Shown piece after piece: positions 23,658 through 33,581 of a stretch of 64,000 nt of DNA (its first letter is position 1; every line of letters starts with the position of its first letter). The position numbers and the translations under genes were made by a program. The notes below the pieces were generated by a model, which ran no database searches, was not told where the DNA came from, and saw only the letters and a list, made by a program, of their open reading frames with translations. Source of the DNA: a bacterium (GTDB taxonomy: Bacteria > UBA10199 > 2-02-FULL-50-16 > JAJFLM01); the NCBI GenBank assembly GCA_965216315.1, contig CBDCFN010000016.1:2333982-2397981 (forward strand), given 5' to 3'.

Positions 23658-23855
23658 CTATTCTTCCGGTTCGGGTGGCGGAGGCGGTTGCTCCTCCTCA
23701 GCATGTTTTTCGACGAACTTTTCGATGTCGGCGATGTGTTCGAGAATCAATTGGGCCTTCTTAACCCCAAAAGTGAATGGATAACGATCCTTTTCCGTAT
23801 TCTTGAGAGAAAGCACCGGATTGCCCTTAAATTCATTTTCTTCTGCAATGGCCAT
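23658..23855 (-). CDS. Small hypothetical protein
   Basis: AAGGAG SD before ATG 23855; EFKGNP...PFTFG..KA.LI pattern. Confidence 0.75.
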   Translation of the reverse strand: MAIAEENEFKGNPVLSLKNTEKDRYPFTFGVKKAQLILEHIADIEKFVEKHAEEEQPPPPPEPEE

Positions 23856-24003
23856 AATCTGACTCCTTATCGGCTCCGAGTGTACTGAAATAGCCTCTTT
23901 AGTCAATCTCCGCTCATTTGACATCCCCGCACCAGGGGCCTAAAAGCCTCTTAAATAAAGGCATCAGCCGTATCACAACCCAGCACCATAAAGGAGAATC
24001 ACG

Positions 24004-24621
24004 ATGGCTCAGGACGCACCGGTGAGTAAGAATATCCATTGGCACCACGGCAAATTAACGCGGGAGGACCGCCAGAAGTACTTAAAACAGAAAGGCGCCG
24101 TCGTCTGGCTGACCGGACTCTCGGGTTCGGGCAAATCAAGCGTCGCGGTTGAGGTCGAACACGCCCTCGTCGAAAACGGCATTAATGCCTACGTTCTCGA
24201 CGGCGACAACATCCGCCATGGCCTGAATAAGAATCTCGGGTTTTCCCCCGAAGATCGCACCGAAAATATCCGTCGTATCGGCGAGGTCGCCAAGCTCTTT
24301 GCCGAAGCCAACGTCGTCGTCCTGACCGCTTTCATCTCCCCTTATAAAGAGGATCGCAATACGGCCCGCGAGCTCCTCCCTCAGGGCAGCTTTTACGAAA
24401 TTTATTGTGACGCTCCCTTGGAAACCTGCGAAGAACGCGACCCTAAAGGCCTCTACAAAAAAGCGCGTGCCGGCGAGATTCCCGAATTTACCGGCATCTC
24501 GGCACCCTATGAAGCCCCGGACAAGGCCGAGTTGGTATTGAAAACCAAGGACGAGAGCCTCGAGGACAGTACCCGCCGTGTGCTCGACCTGCTCGTCTCG
24601 AATGGTATTATCACACTCTGA
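24004..24621 (+). CDS. cysC: Adenylyl-sulfate kinase
   Basis: GLSGSGKS, LDGDNIRHGL, RDPKGLY. Confidence 0.97.
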   Translation: MAQDAPVSKNIHWHHGKLTREDRQKYLKQKGAVVWLTGLSGSGKSSVAVEVEHALVENGINAYVLDGDNIRHGLNKNLGFSPEDRTENIRRIGEVAKLFAEANVVVLTAFISPYKEDRNTARELLPQGSFYEIYCDAPLETCEERDPKGLYKKARAGEIPEFTGISAPYEAPDKAELVLKTKDESLEDSTRRVLDLLVSNGIITL

Positions 24622-25388
24622 TGCATGAGATTAATGAGGCACTGATCAACGAACTTGACGGCGTTGCTGCGCCGCAGGACCTCATTGCTGCAATCGTTTC
24701 CCGCTTCGGTGACCGTGCCGCCATCGGCACGAGTGGCCAATTGACCGGCATGGTGATGATAGACATGGCCATGCGGGCCAAGACCCGGCCGCGGATCTTT
24801 ACGATCGATACGCTCCGTCTCTTCAACGAGACCTACGCCTACTTTGACGCGATTGAAGAGAAGTACGGTATTGAGATCGAGCGCATGCAACCCGACCCGG
24901 CCAAGCTCAATAAAATGCTCGCCCAACATGGCGAGTATCTCTTCTTCGATTCACCGGAAAAACAGGAGTTTTGCTGTCAGATCCGCAAGGTCGAACCGAA
25001 TAACCGCGCCCTCGATTCCGTCGACGTCTGGCTCTCCGGACTGCGCCGGGACCAGTCCGTCTTTCGGAGTGACATGAAGCGGCTTGAAATTATCGAACAC
25101 GGCCCAGAACGGCGCCCCATCCTCAAGGTCTGCCCCTTGATCGATTGGAGTGAGGCTCAATGCCGCGCCTATCTCCAGGAAAACCAGGTGCCTATTCATC
25201 CCCTCTTGGAGTGGGAAAATGAGGGGTGGCGCTATGAATCCCTCGGATGTCGTATCTGCTCCACCGCGATCGGTCCGAATGAACCCCGCCGTGCCGGCCG
25301 CTGGCGCTGGTTTAATAGTGGCGAGGAAAATAAGGAGTGTGGATTGCACACGTCGCACCACGACCCCGATACCAAAGACGAAGCGTAG
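24621..25388 (+). CDS. cysH: APS/PAPS reductase (Fe-S, APS-reductase type)
   Basis: CC..RK, GLRRDQS, CxxC, ECGLH. Confidence 0.93.
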   Translation: MHEINEALINELDGVAAPQDLIAAIVSRFGDRAAIGTSGQLTGMVMIDMAMRAKTRPRIFTIDTLRLFNETYAYFDAIEEKYGIEIERMQPDPAKLNKMLAQHGEYLFFDSPEKQEFCCQIRKVEPNNRALDSVDVWLSGLRRDQSVFRSDMKRLEIIEHGPERRPILKVCPLIDWSEAQCRAYLQENQVPIHPLLEWENEGWRYESLGCRICSTAIGPNEPRRAGRWRWFNSGEENKECGLHTSHHDPDTKDEA

Positions 25389-25403
25389 CGCGACTCAAGG
25401 ACC

Positions 25404-26216
25404 ATGGACACCAAGCAACTACTCCAAACCGCACGCAGCTTAGCCGAAGAAGCCGCCGCCGAAGTGATGCGTCTCAAGGACCAGCCGCTGAATTCCGAGC
25501 GCAAAGCGGATCAGTCGCTCGTCACAACGGCTGATCTCAACGCAGATAAGATTCTTCGCGAAGGCCTGCTCGAGGCCTTTCCCGACCATGGCATTCTAAG
25601 CGAAGAGAGCGGCATCCTCGGCAATCCCAAGTCCGAATACGTCTGGCTCGTCGATCCGCTCGACGGCACCAAGGCCTATGCCAAAGGCATCCCCGGCTTT
25701 TCGGTCATGGTGGGACTCCTCCACCAGGGATGGCCTTATGTCGGCGTCGTCGTCGACCCGATCACGGGACGCACTTACGAAGCAAGCCGCGGCGGAGGAG
25801 CCTATCTGACGGAAGGTGGCTCACGGCAATCATTATGGGTCTCCAAGCGTTCGGACTATGCGGACATGCCCGTCGTCGTTTCCACGGGTTTTCCGCAAGC
25901 CTCCTTAAAAGAGCTTCAAATCGAGCTCACGGGTCCTTTGTTAGCGCCCATCAATAGTGTCGGCATCAAAGTCGGACATGTCGTCCGCCAGGAAGCGGAC
26001 GTTTACATCAACCATCACCCGGTTCATTTGTGGGACACCTGCGCCCCGCAGATTATTTTGGAAGAAGCGGGTGGCTTATTCACTCGTATCGATGGCACGC
26101 CGCTCGAGTACCAATTGGAAGCCCCCTATTCGCACCAAGCCCTCACCCTCGCAACCAATGGCACGCGGCACGGAGATCTCGTGAGCCTGATTGAAGAGGA
26201 AAAAATATTCTGCTGA
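25404..26216 (+). CDS. cysQ: 3'(2'),5'-bisphosphate nucleotidase
   Basis: SEE, DPLDGT, WD..A; cys cluster context. Confidence 0.88.
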   Translation: MDTKQLLQTARSLAEEAAAEVMRLKDQPLNSERKADQSLVTTADLNADKILREGLLEAFPDHGILSEESGILGNPKSEYVWLVDPLDGTKAYAKGIPGFSVMVGLLHQGWPYVGVVVDPITGRTYEASRGGGAYLTEGGSRQSLWVSKRSDYADMPVVVSTGFPQASLKELQIELTGPLLAPINSVGIKVGHVVRQEADVYINHHPVHLWDTCAPQIILEEAGGLFTRIDGTPLEYQLEAPYSHQALTLATNGTRHGDLVSLIEEEKIFC

Positions 26217-26226
26217 TAGTAGGGTA

Positions 26227-27537
26227 TTAGGTACGTCCCTCACCAATAAGGTAAGCAACCAAAGGCAGTTTCTCCTTCCTAACCACGAAGGCCTGTGGAC
26301 ACTGATTGAGAATTTCTTGCTGTTTGGGCGTTGGATGACCGTTTGATTTGAGTTCAAAGCCACAATCATCGAAGAAGAAATCCACCTCAGCTTTAGTCGT
26401 ATTGCTATACAAATAACTCACATCTAAAGACTCTTGCCAACGATAGGTCTGGGTCAGAAATGCACATTCATCTAGGGGTAATTCAGGAATAGACATTTGA
26501 TGGAGTCGTCGAATTCTCCAGCCAATAGCGGCCCAAACACGAGCGGTAAACGGATCTAGTGGGTAGATCTTCTTGAGCTTTGCGGGTAAAAACTTAAGCT
26601 TTTGAAGATCAAAACGAGGAAGTACGCGAATCGAAAAATGATCTTCTTGGATTTCGAGTAGAGTTTTAACAGTATTCGCACTTTGGATATCCGTTCCTTT
26701 TTTCAGTGTCTCAAAACTGACTCGGCTATTGAGCGTTTCACAGAGCCGCCTGGCCAGCGCGGCCAAACTACGTTCCGAAGTTCTTAAACGGGACCAACTG
26801 CCCATGAGCCAATCCATGTATATCTGCCAGATCCCATCGCCGATCTCTTGGAACTTATGAAGCGCCCCAACCACTTGAGGTATCCCACCGCTCCAACAAT
26901 AGCTTTTCCAATAGGACTGCCAGTCGATCTTTTGGTCATTGAGCCATTGTTGATTAAAGTGCTGAATACGTGCCGACTGATACCCCTCCACCTCAGCAGG
27001 ATGAAAAAAATCCATGTATTCACGAAAACTCCAAGGACGAGCAAAGATGACTTTCCCGGCTCCGCGACGACCCGGAAGCCGCTCACCACTTTCAAGTAAG
27101 TATCGAGCCTCACTGCCCGTACACCAAATGCGGCAGGCCTTGAGCTTGTCCTCAGAATAGAGCGATCGGAGTGCCAGATGCCAATCAGGCACCGATTGCA
27201 CTTCATCCAGGACGATGGTGCTCTTACCTGAAATAAGTTGATCCAGGTGCTGGTAAAGATCAGCCTTATCGAGGATAGCCGAGCAATCGGTGAAGATCAG
27301 GGTTTCGGAATCTTGGAGTTGGCTGAGAAAAAGTTTGAGAGAGGCTGTTTTGCCAATCTGCCGCGGTCCGTACAGCAGAGAAATCGAGCCAAACGGCGTA
27401 TCAAATAACCGCAAATTTATTGCGGATTTATCATATGCACCCTTCTTTCCCCAAAATTCCTGGGCTTGAAAGACAGATGGATCACTAATTAACTCATTGA
27501 TATTACTTACTATTTTTTGATTTAGGTATATCCGCAT
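26227..27537 (-). CDS. AAA_14/DUF4143-type ATP-binding protein
   Basis: GPRQIGKT, LDEVQ, TGS, GR, GGIP, C-terminal EVDF...ELK nuclease-like motif. Confidence 0.85.
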   Translation of the reverse strand: MRIYLNQKIVSNINELISDPSVFQAQEFWGKKGAYDKSAINLRLFDTPFGSISLLYGPRQIGKTASLKLFLSQLQDSETLIFTDCSAILDKADLYQHLDQLISGKSTIVLDEVQSVPDWHLALRSLYSEDKLKACRIWCTGSEARYLLESGERLPGRRGAGKVIFARPWSFREYMDFFHPAEVEGYQSARIQHFNQQWLNDQKIDWQSYWKSYCWSGGIPQVVGALHKFQEIGDGIWQIYMDWLMGSWSRLRTSERSLAALARRLCETLNSRVSFETLKKGTDIQSANTVKTLLEIQEDHFSIRVLPRFDLQKLKFLPAKLKKIYPLDPFTARVWAAIGWRIRRLHQMSIPELPLDECAFLTQTYRWQESLDVSYLYSNTTKAEVDFFFDDCGFELKSNGHPTPKQQEILNQCPQAFVVRKEKLPLVAYLIGEGRT

Positions 27538-27605
27538 TTCTATTGCGGATTATATAGATAATACGAGATATGTCCACCCTCAAGGGAAGGGAGGCCATCA
27601 AGGTG

Positions 27606-29447
27606 TTAAATAATTCCATGTAAGGGAGCGCCGGAGACGCCTAAGGCATCGACTCTTTTCTCAATCGCCGGATCATCTTCTAAAGGCGGAGCATGATGGG
27701 GTTTACTTCGGGCATCAATGACGAGCGACCCTTTGCAGCCCCAGTGCTTGTAATCGACAAAGGAATCAATGCCATAGATATCCATCGCCGGATCGGAGCG
27801 CGTGAAGGTCACCCAGACAAAGTTGTCTAGATTGCGGGCGGTAAATTCACTGTCATCGACAATGATAATCAACGGGAAATTACGAAACATCGCCTGATTT
27901 TTCATCGCGTAACAAAAGCCGCGCATTTCCGCATCCTTGACCTTCGGATCGTCGCCGGCCGGGGGGCCACTCACGGCGACGATCCCGGGCAAAACGACTT
28001 GCGGATCGGCGAAACCTTCGGGAAAGCCCAACAGCGGCAGCAGCTGCGACGGGAGCTCTCTCTGCTTAGGCCCCACGGCAGCGATGACGAGCTTAGACCC
28101 TTGATTGTAACCGCTGCCCGAGTAATCCAAAGTATCGATCGTCGTGCGGGTCTGAAAGTGCAAGTCCCGTTTCCAATCGACCCGTTCCAGCATGTGATAG
28201 AAAAAGTCGGCAATATTATGGGCATCGAGATCGGGATCATCATAACGATTACAGATCCACAAATATTTCGCCAACGACAATTGCCCCTGACCTAGGATCG
28301 CATTGGCCTGAGTCAGTATTTCTTGAGGACGTTCCGTCTCCACATACGGGCTGTAGCGTTCACTCCCAATCGCGAGCAACAAGGGATGGACCCCCGAGGC
28401 ATCCACGGCGTGAACTTGATGAACGCCCGGCAAGACATCGGGAATCAGCGGTCCCGTCAGTTCGTGGATGAGCTGGCCAAAAACGGTATCTTCTTGGGGC
28501 GGTCGTCCCACCGAGGTAAAGGGCCAGATCGCGTGCTCGCGGTGATAGACCTTGTCGACCTTGAGCACCGGATAGTCATGCTCCAAACTGTAATAACCCA
28601 GATGATCGCCAAACGGACCTTCCGGCAACAATTTGTCGGGGATCACCGTCCCGGTAATACAAAAATCCGCCTCCGCGGGAATCGGCAAAGCCCCTTTTGC
28701 AACGACCATCGGCAGACGCCGTCCCCCGAGTATCCCGGCAAACGCCAACTCCGTCATTCCTTCGGGCAAGGGCATAACGGCCGCCAATGTCAACGCCGGC
28801 GGACCACCCACAAAAATATTCACCTTGAATGGCTTGCCATTTCGTATCGCCGCTTCATGGTGAACGCCGATCCCGCGATGACTTTGATAGTGGAGACCGA
28901 TCTCGTCGTCCGTCTTGTAACGCCCGCCGGATATTTGAATGCGATACATCCCGAGGTTCGACTTCGCCGGCCCCGGCTGCTCGACATGTTCCGTATAGAC
29001 CTGCGGCAAGGTAATAAAGGCGCCGCCATCATCCGGCCAAGACTTGAGTTGAGGCAAATCGCGGACTCGACATTGATGTTTCATAATCGGCCCCGACGAG
29101 ACTTTTTTGGGGCGTAAATGCCAGGCCATGCGCGGGAGTTGACGGTAGCGAAACAGGTGCTTGGGGAGACGAGCCGTATCGGCCTTGAGCTCAGCGAGGC
29201 GTTGTACGGCGACCAAGGTGTCACGAAACAAATAACACGCGCGTTCGATCGTCCCGTATAAATTACCCAACATCGAAAATTTACAGCCCTTGACGTTGGT
29301 AAAGAGAATGGCGGGCCCACCGGCCTGATAGACTCGCCGCTGAATGGCCGCCGCTTCGAGTTCGGCATCGATCTCTCGATCGATGCGGACCAGCTGCCCC
29401 TTGCGCTCCAGATCAGCCACGCATTGTTGGAGATTAGCGTACCCCAT
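27606..29447 (-). CDS. UbiD-family decarboxylase
   Basis: NLGMYR, EGPFGDHLGYY, GRPPQED; long form. Confidence 0.92.
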   Translation of the reverse strand: MGYANLQQCVADLERKGQLVRIDREIDAELEAAAIQRRVYQAGGPAILFTNVKGCKFSMLGNLYGTIERACYLFRDTLVAVQRLAELKADTARLPKHLFRYRQLPRMAWHLRPKKVSSGPIMKHQCRVRDLPQLKSWPDDGGAFITLPQVYTEHVEQPGPAKSNLGMYRIQISGGRYKTDDEIGLHYQSHRGIGVHHEAAIRNGKPFKVNIFVGGPPALTLAAVMPLPEGMTELAFAGILGGRRLPMVVAKGALPIPAEADFCITGTVIPDKLLPEGPFGDHLGYYSLEHDYPVLKVDKVYHREHAIWPFTSVGRPPQEDTVFGQLIHELTGPLIPDVLPGVHQVHAVDASGVHPLLLAIGSERYSPYVETERPQEILTQANAILGQGQLSLAKYLWICNRYDDPDLDAHNIADFFYHMLERVDWKRDLHFQTRTTIDTLDYSGSGYNQGSKLVIAAVGPKQRELPSQLLPLLGFPEGFADPQVVLPGIVAVSGPPAGDDPKVKDAEMRGFCYAMKNQAMFRNFPLIIIVDDSEFTARNLDNFVWVTFTRSDPAMDIYGIDSFVDYKHWGCKGSLVIDARSKPHHAPPLEDDPAIEKRVDALGVSGAPLHGII

Positions 29448-29520
29448 AAGGCTCCAGGTCCTAACAGGTCCCTGCAAAAATTTCACTCAACTTTTTCGGC
29501 CGCAAGACGATATCAGGGCC

Positions 29521-29919
29521 ATGAATACCGGTACCGAAAAAATCCGTCACCAGCTGACCCGGAACGGAATCCTCGTCTGCCAAACGCTGTTTATTGGCAT
29601 CGCATTAAGTGCAGGCATCGCACTCTGCGGACTCCTTGACTCCTGGCTGGCGCTTCCGCTCTTAGGGGGCACCTTTATCTTCAATACCATCCAGCTCTAC
29701 CTGCGTGCCCTTGAAGAAACCCAGGCCGATCGCCCTATCACCAAAGGCACCCTGGCCCTCGTTTCCGCCGCTATCGCGGGCGCAGGCATCGCGATTTGCA
29801 TCGGCATCTTCGTAAAGGACTATGGACTCGCATTGAGACCCTTGCCCATCATTGTCCTCACCCCGGTGCTCATGACCTGGATTCAAGCCACCGATCAAGC
29901 GGCTCGCTCCAAGCAGTAA
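29521..29919 (+). CDS. Hypothetical membrane protein (about 4 TM)
   Basis: Hydrophobic segments. Confidence 0.6.
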   Translation: MNTGTEKIRHQLTRNGILVCQTLFIGIALSAGIALCGLLDSWLALPLLGGTFIFNTIQLYLRALEETQADRPITKGTLALVSAAIAGAGIAICIGIFVKDYGLALRPLPIIVLTPVLMTWIQATDQAARSKQ

Positions 29920-29984
29920 GTTTCCTTGCTTCAGTTACCTGACTATGATTGACTAGCGTTCCACTTAAGCAAGGAGAGCAACTC

Positions 29985-30545
29985 ATGGCCATTACGACAA
30001 TCATACTCATCGCGGTCCCGGCACTCATCGTGCTGTGGGTGGTCCTTTCGTACAATAAGCTGATCTATTGGCGCCAGCAGGTCAAAAATGCGTGGGCACA
30101 AATTGACGTCCAACTCAAACGCCGTCATGACCTCATCCCTAATCTTGTCGAAACGGTTAAGGGCTATGCCAAACATGAACAAGAAACCCTGGAAAAGGTT
30201 ATTCAAGCCCGCAACATGGCCATGCAAGCGCACAGTCCCAAAGAATCCGGTGAGGCCGAAAACATTCTGAGTGGGGCCTTGAAATCACTGTTTGCCCTCT
30301 CGGAAAGCTATCCCGACCTCAAGGCCAACGAGAACTTTTCGAAGCTGCAAGAAGAGCTGACCTCGACAGAAAATAAAATTTCCTTTGCGCGTCAGTTCTA
30401 TAACGATACGACGACACAATATAACATCATGATCAAAACCTTTCCGCGCAACGTCATTGCGGGAATCTTTCGCTTCAACGATGAAGAATTATTTGAGGTG
30501 GAAGTCCCCGAGGAACGTGAAGTCGTCAAGGTATCGTTCTCATAA
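29985..30545 (+). CDS. lemA: LemA family protein
   Basis: YN.L...W..IDVQLKRR.DLIPNLV, YPDLKAN. Confidence 0.95.
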   Translation: MAITTIILIAVPALIVLWVVLSYNKLIYWRQQVKNAWAQIDVQLKRRHDLIPNLVETVKGYAKHEQETLEKVIQARNMAMQAHSPKESGEAENILSGALKSLFALSESYPDLKANENFSKLQEELTSTENKISFARQFYNDTTTQYNIMIKTFPRNVIAGIFRFNDEELFEVEVPEEREVVKVSFS

Positions 30546-30548
30546 GCA

Positions 30549-31505
30549 ATGGCTTCGGCTCATCTCTACGAGCAAATCCGGCGCAACAAGCGTAATTCAT
30601 GGCTACTCGTTGTCTCTATTATCGTCATTCTATCGAGCCTGGGTTACGTCCTTGGATTTTACTATGGCGATCCATTGATCGGGCTCGCGATGGCCGGCGG
30701 CTTCGCTTTACTCTATACGGCGATTAGCTTGATGGCCGGTGACGGTATTGTCATGATGTCAATGCGCGCCAAGCGCGCCTCACCGGAAAGTCATACCCAG
30801 CTCTTTAATATCGTCGAAGAAATGTCGATTGCATCCGGCCTGCCGATGCCCGAGGTCTACGTCATCCCGTCGGATGCCTCCAATGCCTTTGCCACGGGAC
30901 GATCTCCCGAAAAGGCTAAGATCGCGATTACGACCGGGCTCATGCAACAACTCAACCGGGAGGAACTCCAAGCCGTCATCGGGCACGAGATGGCTCATAT
31001 TAAAAACTTCGACACGCGCTTTGCCATTCTCATGGCGGTCATGGTCGGGGCCATCGCCCTGCTCTGCGATGCCTTTTGGCGGATATCCCTGCGCTCACGG
31101 CGGGGCAGTTCGTCTAAAGGGGGCGGACAAGCACAACTTGTTATCTTGGTCGTCGCGATTGCCCTCGCGATACTCGCGCCTCTCGCTGCTAAACTGATCC
31201 AGTTTTCCATGTCACGCCGGCGCGAACTTTTGGCCGATAATACCGCCGCGGAACTCACGCGCAATCCGGAAGCGCTGGCCCGCGCCCTCGAAAAAATTGC
31301 AGGTGATCCCGACGAATTGGATCTCGCCAACCGCGGCACCCAACATCTGTTTGTGGTCAACCCACTCAAAGCCGCCAAGGACAACAAGCGTCGCGCCAAA
31401 GGGAAGGCTATCAGCGAAAAAGCCGGCTGGTTTGACACCCACCCGCCGATTCAAAAGCGTATCCGTCTCCTCCGCGAGATGGCACACACAATGCCCAGGA
31501 CATAG
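30549..31505 (+). CDS. htpX: M48 zinc metalloprotease HtpX
   Basis: NAFATG, HEMAH, SR.RE..AD, THPP. Confidence 0.92.
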   Translation: MASAHLYEQIRRNKRNSWLLVVSIIVILSSLGYVLGFYYGDPLIGLAMAGGFALLYTAISLMAGDGIVMMSMRAKRASPESHTQLFNIVEEMSIASGLPMPEVYVIPSDASNAFATGRSPEKAKIAITTGLMQQLNREELQAVIGHEMAHIKNFDTRFAILMAVMVGAIALLCDAFWRISLRSRRGSSSKGGGQAQLVILVVAIALAILAPLAAKLIQFSMSRRRELLADNTAAELTRNPEALARALEKIAGDPDELDLANRGTQHLFVVNPLKAAKDNKRRAKGKAISEKAGWFDTHPPIQKRIRLLREMAHTMPRT

Positions 31506-31513
31506 ATAGGGGA

Positions 31514-31584
31514 GTCATCCTGAGGGCAGCGCCCGAAGGATCCAATGGCCATAACGGGATTCTTCGCCGGTGGCTCAGAATGAC
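31514..31584. repeat. REP-like palindromic element
   Basis: GTCATCCTGAG...CGAAGGATCC...GGATTCTTCG...CTCAGAATGAC nested inverted repeats. Confidence 0.7.
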
Positions 31585-31608
31585 ATCGAGTTATACAGTA
31601 TCTTCACG

Positions 31609-32529
31609 TTAGCGAAATTCTTCGATGGTATATTCCATCTGGGTCGGATTCGTACCGGACGTCGGCGTCCAATGAGGATCGCGGGTCCGGTTGGCTAAGG
31701 CCAACATGAGACCTGAAAATTCATCCCTGACCTGAGCCATGATGGCTCCCTTAAAGGCTTCGAGTCCCCAATCAGGCATGTTCGGAACAAAGTGGGTTTG
31801 ATACGCCACGAGCGTCCACATCCCCTGACCCTTCGCCCGCGTAATCGTCCAGGAACCCTCGTTGGTTTTAAAGCCCGTATGCCCGGAAGGAACCTTATAT
31901 TCGGCGCGGGGCCGCATCGTCCAATAAATCTGTTCCCCCCCGCTCAAGTATTCTTTGTGCATAACATTTTGAGTATATAACTTGCGGCCGACCGGGGTTC
32001 CAATAATGAGTTCCTGGATATGCGGCGACTGGAAATGAGAGGTCAGGCTGCCGGAACTTACGACTCCCGGCATCCATTCGGCCCATTGTTCTTCATTGCT
32101 TAAAGTCGCAAACAGCTGGCTGTGCAATACCGGCATGGCTGCCAAGGCATGAAAACGGGGCAACGGACTGTTGCGCACATTTTCCAGCCAGATAAAAACC
32201 TTGCCGGCCTGCAACTGATCCCGTACGCCATAGAGATGGACAATATCTTCAACTTTTGAAGGACTGCTGGGACGACGTCCGTCCAGAAAGATATCCGTAA
32301 TCACATTGCGCGCCCGACTCGTCGTTGCGGACTGACTCCCACTCGCGGTGCCACCGCCGTGTATCATCAACTGCAAGCGTTCGGAAGGATCTTCATAACC
32401 AAGATGATCCTTGGGAAGAACGGCAAGCGGTTCAAGCAGAGCGTTCTGCGTCGGACCCAAGAAGGTTCCGTGGGCTAAGATCGGCGCAGCTGTTAATAGG
32501 CTGGTGTTGGCAAGGGACAGCACACTCAT
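31609..32529 (-). CDS. START/SRPBCC-like protein with N-terminal extension
   Basis: W.EWMP, NEGSW and AYQ.H motifs; paralog of the adjacent gene. Confidence 0.6.
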   Translation of the reverse strand: MSVLSLANTSLLTAAPILAHGTFLGPTQNALLEPLAVLPKDHLGYEDPSERLQLMIHGGGTASGSQSATTSRARNVITDIFLDGRRPSSPSKVEDIVHLYGVRDQLQAGKVFIWLENVRNSPLPRFHALAAMPVLHSQLFATLSNEEQWAEWMPGVVSSGSLTSHFQSPHIQELIIGTPVGRKLYTQNVMHKEYLSGGEQIYWTMRPRAEYKVPSGHTGFKTNEGSWTITRAKGQGMWTLVAYQTHFVPNMPDWGLEAFKGAIMAQVRDEFSGLMLALANRTRDPHWTPTSGTNPTQMEYTIEEFR

Positions 32530-32540
32530 CACGTCCACAA

Positions 32541-32567
32541 CTATCGCCGATCCTGATGAAAAGTTGC
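32541..32567 (-). promoter_or_regulatory. Sigma28-like promoter motif
   Basis: GCAACTTT-N11-GGCGATAG. Confidence 0.6.
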
Positions 32568-32611
32568 CAAAAAAGGTTTATAAATCAGCTTTTTGAATGA
32601 GGCTGAAATGA

Positions 32612-33412
32612 TTAGGCTTTTTTGACTTGATAAGTGCGACCGGAGGGATTCTGTCCGCTCCCCTCCGTCCAGCTGGGATCCACGGTGTGATTCGCCATCG
32701 CTGATACCACTTGGTCAAACTCACCCAAGGTCATTCTGGTAATGATTGGCTCTAACAGTTTTAATGCCTGTTTGCCTAACCAGCCACCCTTGACCAACGC
32801 TTCAATATGAATCTGGTAAGCCATCAAGATCTCTCCGGGTTCTCCGGGCATATCCGTGAACGTCCACGATCCATCATTGATGGCTAAACCCTTCAGTTTT
32901 CGATCGGGTTCAATGCGTGACTGGCTATCTATGGTCCAATAAATTTGGTGACCGTTGGGGACATCTCGATTGAACAAGTGCGAACGATAATGGAACGTTC
33001 CGCCTGCCCCCCCATCGACCTTAGCCTCGTGAAATTGCTCATTTGGACGACCCGTCGGCGTTCCACGAGAAAATATGTTGCGCGGCATCCATTGATTCCA
33101 ATTATCAAGATTTAACATCGCCTGATAAGCATCCCGTGCCGTCATATGTGACGGTACTCTCAGAGATGAAACGGTATCCAGGCGTGGCATGGCGGCTTTC
33201 TCAACCTTCTCAATTCTGAGAAAAATGGAACCTTGTTGTAAGGCACTAAACAGTTCGTTCTGCTGCACCGCCTGTGAAATCACTCCGGCATCGGTCGGCA
33301 TGGCTCCGCGTGGAAAAACCGTTTCGAGAGCCGCGCTCGGATTAAAACTTGAAGCTGCAAGCAGAGTCGACGAACCAAGCATCGACACCGTATTCATACC
33401 AATAATACTCAT
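32612..33412 (-). CDS. START/SRPBCC-like protein with N-terminal extension
   Basis: AAGGAG SD; W.QWMP, NDGSW, AYQ.H. Confidence 0.65.
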   Translation of the reverse strand: MSIIGMNTVSMLGSSTLLAASSFNPSAALETVFPRGAMPTDAGVISQAVQQNELFSALQQGSIFLRIEKVEKAAMPRLDTVSSLRVPSHMTARDAYQAMLNLDNWNQWMPRNIFSRGTPTGRPNEQFHEAKVDGGAGGTFHYRSHLFNRDVPNGHQIYWTIDSQSRIEPDRKLKGLAINDGSWTFTDMPGEPGEILMAYQIHIEALVKGGWLGKQALKLLEPIITRMTLGEFDQVVSAMANHTVDPSWTEGSGQNPSGRTYQVKKA

Positions 33413-33450
33413 GACACTCTCCTTAGTGTTAACGTCACCCGCTAAGACTT

Positions 33451-33477
33451 CTATCGCCCCTGCCGATGAAAGGTTGC
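33451..33477 (-). promoter_or_regulatory. Sigma28-like promoter motif
   Basis: GCAACCTT-N11-GGCGATAG. Confidence 0.6.
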
Positions 33478-33543
33478 TCGGAAAAAACGGGAATAATTTC
33501 CAATTATTCAATTATTTCATGCATTCAGCTGAATACGCGAAAC

Positions 33544-33572
33544 TTGACAAGGTGCGTCGACTTACGTAGCGT
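33544..33572 (+). promoter_or_regulatory. Putative sigma70 promoter of hflKC
   Basis: TTGACA-N17-TAGCGT ending 9 nt before the ATG (near-leaderless). Confidence 0.5.
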
Positions 33573-33581
33573 GCCGCCACT

